Below are positions 26,444 to 40,177 of a DNA stretch of 64,000 bases, piece by piece. The stretch is from assembly GCF_000150275.1 (NCBI RefSeq), contig NW_002060949.1, forward strand, positions 1-64,000, read 5' to 3'. The notes beneath the pieces are model-generated. The model saw only the letters and a program-made list of their open reading frames with translations. It did no database searches and was not told the DNA's origin. Source of the stretch: Trichoplax adhaerens. Taxonomy: Eukaryota; Animalia; Placozoa. How positions within the stretch are numbered: the first letter of the stretch is position 1; each line of letters starts with the position of its first letter. Position numbers and translations under genes: made by a program.

Positions 26444-29400
26444 ATGTATCAACGCGTTTTACCGAATGGCCGACGTGCCAGTATCGTACCTGAAAACTGG
26501 ATCGTGGATAGTGTCTTCCAACCAGGTGAATTTGAAAATTTAGTATTTGGTGGTGGTGGCTATAAAGGTATCGCTTATGTTGGTGCTTTAAAGGTAATAT
26601 CATGTTAAATTCTTATCTTTTAACAGTTATTCTTCTCCTGCTTCTATTTCCTAAAAGATCAGGTTATTTTAAAGAATCAATAACGTTCTAAAAACTTAAA
26701 AACTTTAGATTGATTAACCAGGCTGATTGATCAACTTCATGAATAGTAATCTAACAATTACGTAACATGATGACACTGTAGGGTTAAGTACATTAGTTCA
26801 GACATTGCTTTCATAATTATATCAGTCGGCAAATTAATCATTGCAAAGGATGCAGTAATTTTGAAGTTAAGCCTGCAAATGATAACATTTAAATCTTGAT
26901 AATATCTTACCATGAGTTATAGTAAATTGTTTAATATTTTGCTTTCGTCCCATTTATAATAGCCGTTTACGATAATAAACGAAATTACCTTATAGTAAGA
27001 ATCTGCCAGGCATGATAACGGACTCATACTGCAGTCAAACAATGATCAATCATGTGTTTTGATTTCCTTCATAGTAAATTTTAGAAAGCTATAAATATAA
27101 ATTATTTGAATCTATTGACTGATATTAAATAGTAAATTTATAGCAGAATTTCGAAATGGCCTTCCATCCCCGAAATTCTTATAATATTATACTTTGATCA
27201 TTAAACAGATATTACAAAAGGTTGGCATTTATCAAGGAATTAAGCGATTTGCTGGCTCAAGTGCAGGAGCTATGCTTGCAGCTTTACTCTCTGTTGGCTA
27301 CGATGTAGACGATGTTGAAGAATTTTTATGCCAAGATATTAGAAAAATTACCGAGGGTAAGTATAAATCTTATTTACAAATCTATCTATAGAGCACTTTG
27401 TTAGTTCATTTCTTGACCTGCTCATTGATAATAATTATTTATTAACTATTCATTGTGAAATTCAACGCGATTTCGAGATTAACTAAATTAAATACAACTG
27501 CGTGTACTAGAACGTAATCATCTAGCATGGGAAAAAATAGGATAATTCTGACTAACTATGATAGCGAAATAATATTCGTGATATCCTCATGCATCCATCT
27601 TAGATAGGATTAATGCTGTAGTAATAGGAATGGGCGCTAAATACTATTCTTAAAACAAGATGGCTATAAGCATCTTAGTTAACTGAAATAGTATCAATGA
27701 TATTCAAATACAACTTTCTAGGTTAATAGAATGGGATAGCAAATGACAGAAACAATACGGTAGCCATACTGGAGGGATTAATATAGAAGTAAGAGTGGCA
27801 CTAGATACTTTTTTTAAAATAAATAATGTCTTTCATATCGCCACTCCTATCATAGATCCAAGCTGAATCAATATCAGACAGTAAAAGCCGTCCTTTAAGT
27901 CTCTGTTTTTAAGATCTTCATTGTTATTTCTACATTTTCTTGCTTCTGTGAGTAATTTTATTATTATTGCGGTACTGATAGCGGATTTTTGTCCTTTTTT
28001 TCCAGTCTAATTTGATAAATGCAATTTAAATATTATCCAAACATAACAATACAAATTAATTTGTGGGAGTCAAGAACTGTTAACGCCATTTTTATTCTTA
28101 ATTTGAAACAGCTCCCTCCTGTTCTATTATAAAAATTTCTTCCCACTTTTGTATAGTTATGTCCGTATTAGAATTATGATTGAATTAGTAAGGATGTGAA
28201 AGGACGAGAATTTCTTCATCATAGAATGCATCATGACCTAAACGCTTAAGTGAAATTTAAACAAGAGAATAACATTGTACAAACTACCATATTTTTAAGC
28301 TTGGCTGGCGAAATTGATTTAATTCTATGTTGAATTTAAAATGATCACACTAACACTAATCTTATTGCAATATTATCGAATTGATAAAAGGATATGTAGT
28401 TAGTTATCCTAGACAGTCAATAACCATAGAATTTGTCTATGCTGAAGAGATTATGGATACTATATAACTCTGCACTAATGTATTGTTGAAATTGAAATAC
28501 TCAATATGAACAAATCAATTTGTAGTTCCAGATGCTAGTCATTAAAGTAGACTGCCTTTAATTTTTTAATCAAACATCACTTTTAGATAAACATACGTTT
28601 GGCATTTTTAGTATGTTACCTAAACTATTACTGAAATCTGGTTGGAACTCCGGTAAAAAATTAGAGAAATGGTTTCAGAATGCTATTGCTAATGGGCCTA
28701 AAATTAAAAGTAACTATTCGCTGAATCGATGTCAACAAATTACATTTAAAGAGGTAACACAGCATCTATAGCGTAGACGATTATTTTCCTCGTTGATCAA
28801 TTGTCGAATGTCCAAATTACATTTATTTGACGATTTTTCTTTTAATTATAATTACCGGTACTTAATCTACATGAATCAAGTAGTTTCCTATTTGAAAATA
28901 ATGAAGTTACCATATTTTTTGTTGACAAGAAAAAATTAGTCAGACGTGGACATATCCTAATAAGACCTTTCTCAATCGTCATCATTCGCTGCGGGAAAAA
29001 TTTTTATTTGTCTTTTCGGACGATTAATTAGTTTTTCCTAATTGATTTATAAGGTGTCGCTCTTTTGTTAAACTTTCGGTACATTAAAATGATAGTTGAG
29101 CAAATTGAATTAATCATTAAATTATAGAACAATAAGCATTAGCGATGCCCAGTTGGGGTTATTGAACAATGACTACCAAGGGTGGCATGACTGATGAATT
29201 CTGATGGCTGATGTATCAGTTTGTTATTAATAGCAAGTTCCAGCATTCTTTCGATCTCTGACTGCTAGGGAAAAGAATTAGATAACTGTGAAATCTCATA
29301 TAATATTGATGCAGGATTTTGAAAGTTTGCTTTATATTTATTTTCTTTAAGATAAAATCATAACAGGTTTTTGCTCCTTTCTATCTTGAATTAGTCATCA

Positions 29401-32400
29401 TATTAGAACGTAATTTGAACGATATTATCGTTACTGTATAGCACTTCAATTTAAAATCCTATCCAATAATAGCATAGTACGTACTGTTACTAAATGCAAG
29501 TAATACACCCTACCAGCCTTACATCCAAGCTTAGCTTGATTATGTTGATTCGGTAAAGATCAAATCGATATTATCTTAAATTATAGTAAAGGACTGTTTA
29601 AACTGTGACAGTATATTTTTTCCGTATTATAAAATACAAAGTAATCCATTAGAGCTACTGGAGAATCCTCTGCCAAATAAAAGTGGTCATGCAACAAGTA
29701 GCATAAAGAGCTAAAGCTGTTATTTGTCATACTAATTTGGAAGTCATGCATCGATTCCTTTACTATTACAGAGTGTAAAGCAGGATGCTTTTATAACCTA
29801 CTGAATAACCGCGTTTTTTACCGTTTTCGTTCCTTAGTCGTCTACTTTTGTTTTACTGATATTAGCCTAGAGGGTTACAGTAAGATGTTTTACCAGTACT
29901 TACCTTAACTGTCATTAAATCCGAAAGTTGTACAGCAAATAGGGAAAGCCTTATGATTGTTATCATGAAATTTATGGCTATTTCACTAACTCTTTACTGT
30001 TGCCTGTATCAAATTTAGATAGTTTATAAATTATGTTTTAACTAATTACTTTACCCTGATCGATCGTAAATGTATTAATTGGAGCCTCAAGTAAGATGAT
30101 CGCGTTAGATTACAGTGAACGCCTTTACACTCCTTTAGTAATCTACCATTGAATTATTCATCGGGTTAACTAAATATACTTTTCTATCAGTTGTTCTGAT
30201 CAATCGATTTAGATTATTAGTCTTTCATTCCAAGTAAAATTTCTACTGCTGCGCTCTGGTATGTTGCGGTGGTACTTTATTGAACAGTTCCATATCCATC
30301 AATGATAAAATAATACGTTGCTTCCCTAATTACCTACAGTAACAAAATTTTAACGGCAATGTATTCATCTTTACTTCGATAGAATGTACCTACTACACGG
30401 TATCATTCCTTACAAATTGAAATTTCTTCCATTTGCAAAATAAGCTCTAATCTAGTGTTGTTTATCGTTATAATTGTGATTCAATACTACTATGTTAGTC
30501 ATTACTAATGCATAAAGTAATGGTTTAACAATCTTGATTAGGTAGTGAGTGAGTCATTAAATTTGATATCATGAAATGTTTTAAGTTTCTTCTAAATTAT
30601 TTTAGATTTTATAATTTACTCATCTATCAGTGGCAATCGGTGGAACTTTCATAAAACTAGAATAAGATATACTTATAAGAATTTTTGCGGATAATCCATT
30701 GCCAGGCATAATACTATCGTATCGTATTTTCTAATAGCTTTAAGCAATTTTTATCTAATGAACGAAATTTCTCATCAATACTTGCACTTGAAAGTATCCA
30801 TTTGTGTAATTCCGCTAAAGTTCTCATATACTCTAAATTAATTTTAGTAATTAGTCTTGGAGGTATGAAAAGCTTCTATAAGTTATGCTAATGTGCTACG
30901 ATAATCTATATCAAAGCCGTTTTTACTGTACTGTATACAGGACAATTGTTGTCTTTGGGCAATCCATTTGAAGGATAAATCTAATAGAGTTGTAATATAA
31001 TCTCCAATAAGATAAAAAATGATATAATTATATTAAGGGGAAAATAGCGCAGCTTTATGCATATATTTGATAATAAAGCTATAGAATAGATTTAAGGAGA
31101 GCCCACATAATAGTCTTTACACTTAATTACTATAGTATATAACGCATTGGCATTTTCTCCGTACTGTAATATAAAATTCACGTGTCCCAGCTCTTAACTT
31201 CCGGGTTTCAAAACAGAAAAAGCAAATATAAATCCAGCTAGGATAAAAATAATGGAAAATGTATTGGATGTTTCAGATATTAATAATTAAGTTACCATAT
31301 ATATTATCGACAGCTTGTAGAATAGATTCTGGAATAATCGCTTCTATAGTCTCTAGATTATACTATTAAACTTGTATTTCTTCAGTAATACACTGTATTC
31401 AACAGAGAGGATGAGTTAGCTCTATTAACACACAAGACAGTTACGCGATAGGCCTACTATAGTTATTGTAGTTGTAGTAGATTTAATTTACTCAATGAAC
31501 CTTACAATATAAACGGAGGTGTCATAGGGGTGTATAAATTGAACTATTATTTCTAATCTATTTTATATATGATAAAATTATTATTATAGCTCCACTATTA
31601 TCATATAACCTAGGATTACTAAAAAGGTTAAAACATTCTAAAAGTGACTTGAAAAGAGGATCAAAAAGTTAATGATGTAATCATAATCGAGATGATCGAT
31701 TTATTCCAATATTAACCCTGAACTCTTGTAATCAATATTATACTTGAAAAGATTTTTGATATATTGTACAATGCACTTATATATTGTAACATTTTTTCAC
31801 TATAACTGCCAATTTATTGGTTAACTTCTTAATCGTTTTCAAAATTACTTTTGTAGCTATACGATATCGATGGAACCGAACTATGTATAGTTGCAACCAA
31901 TCTCAATTTTTTATCTATGGAATATTTTCATCCTAAAACCACTCCTGATTTTCCTATTTATAAAGCGGTTCGAATGTCTATGTCTATACCAGGTCGGTTT
32001 ATATTTAGTTGCATGAGTAGTTAAATTCGAACAGATTTATATATTTTGTTTATTAAATACAGCTAAGAACATCTAAATTCAGCCCTCTTCATGTTATGAT
32101 CGAAATTACGTCATAGCATCGTTTTCTACTCGTATATTAGTAACGATCAAGCAATTTTAAAAATGTTCCATTGCTTAAACACAACATTTATCCTAGTTCA
32201 ATAACGTGGGTTCTACTTTCTACGTGGATACGCTATTTTTATCCTTTCAATAAGATATAATTTTCTTCAATTTTTTCAATTAATTCAAAATGTAACCTAT
32301 TTCTCATTTATTTTCATTAATTAATTCAACTAACAATAGTATTAGTTTACTTTCAAGGGAATTATTTGATTTTTAATATTGTATAATAGTAAATTTTAGC

Positions 32401-35400
32401 GATACTCGTATTTGAAGGAAGGGATTGCAACACCTTTACTCTGTCTTGTTGTATTATAAATTCTGAACATGTTGTGGTAAATAAATTATACAATTTTTAC
32501 GCTTACTTAGGATTAGGTTTAGGCAGACTTTCCTACGTAGTGGAGTTCTATAATTTAATATTGGTCTTTATATATTTATACGTATTTATTATTTTAAGAA
32601 ATTATTCAATATACAACAGTAATATATAAGAAATAAAACTGCATAATGTGAAATGTTACCTCTCATGTCTAGTTTTATTCCTTACGTATTACTGCTCTAT
32701 ATTGAATAATTTTTGAAATAATGATTATATACTGATATATAAAAATCTGTATTGAATTATTCAATTCGTATTTACATTTAGAATCCTTTATATGCACAAC
32801 AAATATCATTCTTCTAAGTTTACAGGCCAACTTATGCTCCAGGGCTTGCTTGTACTCGCTATTGTTCGATCATTTCATTAGCATAATAATAATAATTTTT
32901 AACCTGTTATTCCATATTAGACATATCAATAAGTTGATTACCTGATGTTGTTTTCGTAATCTCGAATTCCTTTCACCTCTTGTTGTAACTTTAGGATTGC
33001 GATCAACAATAGCGTAATAACAAATGATGACAAATAATTATACTAGCATGCAGTGATAAATCATAATACACTTGCCAGTATAATGATCTAGATGCCTACT
33101 TTAGTCACAACATCTTAATAGCAAGAGGACAATGGATAAAATTATTTAGTATCATTCTGATATTGAAATAATTTTGGATCTAGTTACATAGGATAAAAAC
33201 TATGAACTAATCTTATTTCGTTTATTTTTAATCCTTTATGTTGAAATTTATAAGTATTGCATCTATTAATTCTCGAATATTTATTAGTTAAAGTGTTACT
33301 TGATCTATTTATACTTGTGTTAATTTTTTAAGAGTTTAGTGAAGGCAAGAAAATTGCCAATACAAGTACTGAAGCATTTAAATCACTTAAACGACATCCT
33401 ATAGCTATTTCTATTCAATTGTATTAATTTCTTTGAGTTTTTACAAATAGAATAGAAAGCTCTGTTTATAGTATTATCGATAAAATCTAAAAGCTTAGTC
33501 TTAATACTTTATAGAACAAGATAAAAGCTCTGAAATAAGTTGAACGGTATCTTTAATTATTATCTAGCTCGACAAAGACTGATCCATACAACTCTTTAGT
33601 CCAAAGCAATGGGAAAATTTTTGACGAATAACAAATAAAATTATAATCATAACATGTTGCTATTTACTTTAACTAAAACTGAAAAATAAAGTCCGAACTA
33701 AACCTTACCATTTGTTCCTGGATGTTTTCTATTAGCTTGTTTACATTTGATAAGCCCTCTATTATTAAAATGATATATTATATTCCTTTTGTAATCATAT
33801 TTTTACTAGTTTTTGCTGATAATAAGATCTTGCATATCATAGAATTTTACTGTATTCAATAGTATACTATATTTAGTCAATGTAGAGATATATGGATGAA
33901 TCTACAGATTTATAATCAATACTGAATCAACTATATTCCTCATCGATAACCAAAGCATTTACAAAAATAATTGGAAAATTGTTTTATTAATAATATTAAG
34001 GTCATGCACACTGTAAAATAGTACTTTACAAAGTAGCATACTCTATTGAACTATCGTATTGATGGAATATATTTTATAGATATGAGGATGAATCTATTGG
34101 TCTGCGGCTTTAGTGGATTACAATATGCATGATTAATAACCATAATAAGAATTTCCTGCAAGGATTATTTATGCCATTTATCTTAAAAATAGGCTATTAT
34201 GAGGCGGTTCGAGTTAAACATCATCGAGTTAAAAATGATGACTGTATTATACGAAAGAAGAAAATACCTTGTTGTCTATACTGCTGTATATGCTGCTCTA
34301 ATTGGGGTGAAGATTCAGCTAATTATGATTTGTATATTGATGGTGGTGTTGGATGTAATTACCCTATCCATGTTTTCGATGGTAAGTATAAAATATTTCA
34401 TTTTTTGGAGGCTCTATATGAGCAATTAATATTATTTATAAGTAAATACGATGGGATTGTAACAGCAGTTTCCCTAATACTTTTTTCTTAAAGTGTCAAA
34501 TTACAATGCATATTTCTCTATAGTAAAATATTGGTAGCCTATAAATCTGTTGCTATTTTTCGCCAATTTTACTGATTATAATGTTCAAAATTAGTGAAAT
34601 AGAATGCGCTAGTTAGAATTTTAAGTATAACAGCTTAATTTCTATGTATAGAACGAATATTACAAATTTACGTAATAATAATATTAATAATGACAACGAT
34701 ACTAGGGTGGTGGTTGTCCATGGATGAAAAAGATCATTTTGTCGAAAGAATGCAACCATTTACGGATATGGATCGATTTTACGATGTTGAAGATAGGTTT
34801 GGAATGACACCTAATCCTAAAACTTTAGGTTTGATGCTTGTAAGTTTATAATTTAATATGATAAACATTTCATTTTCTTATTTTATTTCTAGCTTCTATT
34901 TGTATAGAGTTATGCCTTTTTATGGTAACATTTCGTACAGTCTTTATATTCATTCAACATAGTTGTGTCTCCGTAAATATAATCATAAAAACTGTTACGT
35001 AAAAATATTCATTTATTTCAGTAGTTTCAGAATGATTGTGATAATTGACTATGAAATATTTTCTATGGCTTACTTATGCATATTAGTATTCTCCCTACCG
35101 TAATGGAATGTTTTGCAAAGTTTTATCGACTCGAGAGAAAAAATTATTTGGATCGTTAGCAGTTCCTAAGAAATTTATATCTGAGCATTCAAAATTAAGG
35201 TAACAATTCAAAATTTTATGTTTAAAATTGTACGAAAGATTTACTTTTGCTAGGGCAATATTTTATTCCTGTTTAGTTATATAAGCTGGTAGGAATACTT
35301 AATATGCAGTAATTTAAAGACTTGTAAGTCATATTATCAACATTATATCAAGTAAAAATTACACGGAAATAATTATTACTGAATTATGGTTATAATACAA

Positions 35401-38376
35401 GTTTAATGCAGTACAGTTGTAATTGTCCTTAATATGGCGCAGATTTATTATTATATTAAGATCTTAATATTGTGAATATAACAATTGAAAATATCTTGCT
35501 TGTTAATTTGCTAGTTTACGAGCTGAGAGTATTCGCGACAAGAAAGATAAAGCACTTGCCGCATTTAGTGACATTGTTCAGGTAAATAATATTGATAAAA
35601 CATGTAATATCACTTAGCGCGCTGTTATATTGGATAAATTAACTAGACATTTTGGTTTACATCAAATTGATCGATTTACTTTAATGTTCCATAATATTGG
35701 AAAAGCACTATAAGCTATTCTGATTTTGATTAAAATATCTTGTTAGGTTTTGGAGCCTTGTAAAATAATTGTGGATGGGACAACATGTTACCCGCTTTAT
35801 GAAGCAAAAGAACTCATTCGAAGAGTAAGAATAAATTGATTTTATGTTTTTTAACCCAGTTTAAATTCACGCAGGAGTACAATGTGAACGTATATGTTCG
35901 TAAGATGTAGAAAAGGGAAAGAAAGAATGCAAACTAGAGCTAGTACCACATCATAGGGGTGTGGCTTGGATAATTTAACAATTTTTACTGGGTTAAGAAC
36001 ATAGTTTTCGTATAATTTCGGTACCGCAGATTATAGACTTCTAATTAGGGTTTATTTATCATCTAAGGCATTTATTTTAGTCGAAATCCTTCTTAACTAA
36101 ATTAATACTGAGAGATATAGAAGCTGCAAGTTAATATTATTATACATTTAATTTATGTAGGAAATTTGTAAATATAATATGAAGTTGATTATTATGTATA
36201 CGTGGGTAGATATCAATGTGAACCCTTATATTCTGTGTTTACAAAGCAACTTACATTTCAAAAATTTGTTACCAGTATATTTAATTTTGGTATGACTAAA
36301 TTGTTGTATTCAGTATATGATATTCACAACGTATTTTCCTTCCTCCATAAAGACATATAAAGATCAAGAGCATTTCATACGATTAGTATGTCCAGAAGGC
36401 CTTGATAGTCTTTTAAAAAGACTTGAGGATTGCCAAATAGAAGGAATGGTAATTTAATAATTATTATTTAAGTTTAAAATTGAATTTTTTTCTACTGTAG
36501 AGCAGCGTTATTCCGTTTTGACTCGTACTATTTGTAAATTAAACAATAACATAAAGCATTAGTCCCTTTAGTGCACGAATATCGCTGCAATGCATTCAGT
36601 CCTTAATAATAGCATCCTTTTATCTTAGTTATCCTTACGATATTTGCAAAAAAGCGTTTTGGAGCAAGAAAATTTTATCGATTTAAAACATGATCATCTT
36701 GGTTACTATCGAACTGCAATTAAAGGGCCAGCACAGTTTGCCATAGCAACAATAGTAAGTTCTTCTATAGATTGAAGAGAGACAAATGTGTCAGACTGCC
36801 GACGGGCTGCTATATCACTTTGATACAGCCCATATACACTTAAAGTGCTGGTATAATTTATCTTTATCTTTTTCTATAGGATACGTTATTACTAAACGGT
36901 AGAAGTCGGTTTTTAAAGGTACGCATATGTGTTACATGATACTGCATCGATCTATATATTATGCGTAAGATAGGACATTTCAAGATTTTAAAGCATTTTA
37001 CAATGTTTTTGTTATTAATTTAAATTAATGGAGGATATGCTCCTGTAGTACTTTATAGCAATTCTAATGTCTGGATTTGTTTTTTATACAGTCTAGTGAC
37101 GTAAATCGGTCGATAGGTATTAATACCTCGTATTTAAAAGCGACCAATGGCAACTTAGCTAAGGATGATAAAGAATTTCTTAAAGAGGTAACATTGATCG
37201 CTGATAGTAATATGATAATAATATAACACTGTGTAATTAGTGGAATACCGAGCACCAAAATTTCTTTAACTACTTGAGACATCGAAAGCCATAAAGTACG
37301 TGCAGTTATTTATTATTTCATGAATCGGAATTGAGATGACACAAATTATTTGATTGCACGGATTTCTAGAAGATCAAGAATTTCTCAAAGTAACTAACCT
37401 ATTGTGGGTAGTAAGGCGTTGCATGATGTTAATGTAGCCATGTGTTAATGTGCTTAATAAGATAGTGGATAAAAGAAACCTGCTTTGTCACTTATGGATA
37501 TTAGAGTACAAAGCATTTTTGGTTATGGATATCTTTATTGATTGGAATTACAATGAAATAATTTATATTTCGTAAAGACGTAAAATACACTATTTGATAG
37601 TAAATATGTGATAAAAATGGTATTACTCTGCGCGATTCACAAGATGACGAATTACAGAATTTGCAATCTACTTATGACACGAAAAATAGCACGCATGCAG
37701 TTGTGCATTATTTTATAAATTTGTATCTCCACGATTTAATTTGTATATCTTCAAGAGGTACAATGCACGGTATCGTTAGCAATAATGAAATGATTATATA
37801 CACGTAGTATTTTATGATTGTTAATGTAGGACTTCAAGGGTTTCTTGTCTACTTGATAAGGTTCCAATTTCATAAGGGGGATAAAATTAATCATTAAATA
37901 ATGGTATGATGATGACATAGCTTGATACGATTATATAATTATCTTTGCCAAATAACGAGTATAAGAAGCTTCTTCAGTTTATTTTATGAATATCAAAAGT
38001 ATTAAATACATCCAATTCTGGATTAGATTATTTTATAAATCAGATTTGTAATGAAAGGACATGTATTCGTTACGCGTAAGGACTACTGTGAAGTGCGATT
38101 TACATTTTTGCTGGCCTAGGAAAAAATAGTATTCCAGTCTACGTTATAGCCGAAAAGGAACATTGCTTTCAATTATTTCTCCTATTCGAAAGTGAATATA
38201 TTGCAATATTAAATTACTAATTGGATGTTATTTAATTGATGATATTATAGAATGGTCAGCGGGGTATAATTGCTTTTTTGCATTATTACTTAAAAGAGAA
38301 AGGAAGAGTGCAACAAAATATTCGAACTTATGGCAGAGTCATTCAAGTCAGATCCAAAGACGAAACTTCCATATAG
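26444..38376 (+). CDS. Patatin-like phospholipase (ExoU/VipD-like class), 14 exons
   Basis: Exons 26444-26593 (FENLVFGGGGYKGIAYVGALK, oxyanion loop), 27209-27356 (FAGSSAGA, GxSxG nucleophile), 28587-28753, 31857-31992 (IVATNL...AVRMSMSIPG), 34163-34381 (YIDGGV, catalytic Asp), ~34706-34839 (GWWLSM...KTLGLML), ~35088-35199, ~35515-35580, ~35747-35824, ~36352-36448, ~36629-36754, ~36880-36918, ~37092-37187 (DVNRSIGINTSY) and 38251-38376 (stop TAG). Splice phases are consistent. Confidence 0.88.
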
Positions 38377-39007
38377 CGGTTAGAACTAATCAAGCATTTG
38401 ATAACTTGCTATGATTTCATCTAGCCTGGCTAATGGTTGCGAAATTTTATATTTTTTGTCTTTATTAGCCTATTAGCAGTTGGTATATACGAATATACAA
38501 TAGGACACATGTGCAGGAGGCTCTGTTATACCTTTCTATATTGGCCATTGACTTATGATATAAATCATGATTCTATAATATTATTTTTCTTGTTATTAAC
38601 ATCGCTACTAAGCATTGTAGCATTCATAAGTCGGTATATATATAACATACATAACGTATATACCGATTATGCTATCAGGATTTCTTCGTCTCGTTGTAGA
38701 TCATTGATACCGAGGATTTGATTTAATTAATGTTTAATAATCTTCTGCAATAACCATTTCTTCATCTAAATAAAAGAAAAGAGAAAATCTTAATTTATTG
38801 TTACTTTTTATATTATTATAGTAAGAGATATCTATCTGCCAGCGTGTATGAAAACAATTCAGATTTGATGTCGGAACTTTCGATTTACTCCTTTCAGCTC
38901 AGCTTCCAAGTTGGAGTATTCAGTATTATCATGCTCTTGAAGACTGCCGTGAAATACAGTTGTTTCTATGGCAAGAACAGCAGTATCTTCAGGCATGACT
39001 GCAAATT

Positions 39008-39063
39008 AGACCATCCGAAAATATCAGACTATTGTAAGTAGTTTCAATATTTTCGGATGGTCT
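39008..39063. repeat. Perfect 17-bp inverted repeat (hairpin) with 22-nt spacer
   Basis: AGACCATCCGAAAATAT (39008-39024) and ATATTTTCGGATGGTCT (39047-39063) are exact reverse complements. Extra pairing ACTA/TAGT lies inside and ATTAG/CTAAT outside. Confidence 0.9.
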
Positions 39064-39339
39064 CTAATGTACTTTGTACGTTGTACAGATATATATATAA
39101 ATTAAGGGGCATTTGCTTGATTGTCAATGATTTGTTAAACTTCGATCATTCAAATCATATTCTAACGCTGCATATAGTGATATGAAAAAAATAGAACTAA
39201 CTTGTATATTAAAATAAACTAGGTTACCAATTTTGATTAATTATAATTATATAGTATATAATTAATTAGATATTATATGGGCCAATTTGGGTTTTCGAAG
39301 GACTGTACGTGTCGTAGCTTCTACCATTACTGTTTTAGT

Positions 39340-40177
39340 ACAGGTGCTGTACCTCGGTAAGGACTCCAGTCAAATCCTGTATTTTTGTCTTCGTCAAGGA
39401 CAGTCGAGGGACAGGGGCTAAACGTGACGTAGTGGTCCCAAACAGGCCAGAGTCCCGCTGGGACTCCAGGACAAAATAGAAAAATTTATATTTTGTCTTT
39501 GGAAGACAGGGACTCTCGTAGCAACCCTGCGCTGTGGTTGGCCTAGAAAGGTCATGTGATTCTCTACAGTATTTCACACGTATAGTACTGTAGTTAAAAC
39601 TAAAAAATAATTAATTAATTTAATGCAGTATAAAGACTACATTTGAGGTTCATCATTTTATCATATTGATTCAAATGGATAGCGATACATGGTCTAGCGA
39701 TCAAGAGGTCATCACGCGTCCATCTTCACCTAGATGGACCGTATCTAAAATTAAGAAATTAATTGCTGAGGTAATCGTAATTGTCAAGGTATGATAATTT
39801 ATATACTAAATATAAGTATTAATGTGTAGTACTTTAATAATATTAACGGGTATAGGTGGCTGATCATGAAGTCCTATGGAGGGTTTGCCACCCTAGATAT
39901 AGGGATAGAACGGCCAAGGCCGATAATTGGCGAAAAATTGGCATGGAGTTGTATGACATTAACGGTACAGTACCACTCTACTGAGCTACCAAAAATGGGA
40001 ACAGCTACAGTACTGTATATATGTGCAAATGTACAGTACTAAAAATTTCATTAATTTTAATTTGATTGTAATATTTTAATTTATTTATTAACCAGGTACA
40101 GGAATATAGATGACGTCATCATCTGTCTTGTCTCGAGTCCTGTCCTGCAAAAAGTTCATCGTGTGAATGCACCTTAA
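39340..40177 (+). mobile_element. Decayed PIF/Harbinger-like element remnant carrying a MADF (Myb/SANT-like) gene fragment
   Basis: GC-richer segment with clustered GGAC/GTCC motifs at both ends. The right end GTGTGAATGCACCT+TAA (40161-40177) resembles animal Harbinger TIR/TSD patterns. A MADF fragment lies inside. No intact left TIR or transposase was seen. Confidence 0.5.
39675..39964 (+). pseudogene. MADF/Myb-SANT-like DNA-binding domain fragment (2 exons), apparently truncated
   Basis: Exons 39675-39770 and 39856-39964 give ...PRWTVSKIKKLIAE|VADHEVLWRVCHPRYRDRTAKADNWRKIGMELY, matching the MADF pattern (LI..V.....LW......Y.D...K...W..I...L). A helix-3-like QKWEQL follows only in a shifted frame (~39990). 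Confidence 0.7.

Noticed and set aside
38437-38721. 94-aa hydrophobic ORF after the patatin stop
   Set aside because: Non-ATG start in AT-rich 3'UTR-like sequence; hydrophobicity is explained by T-richness.
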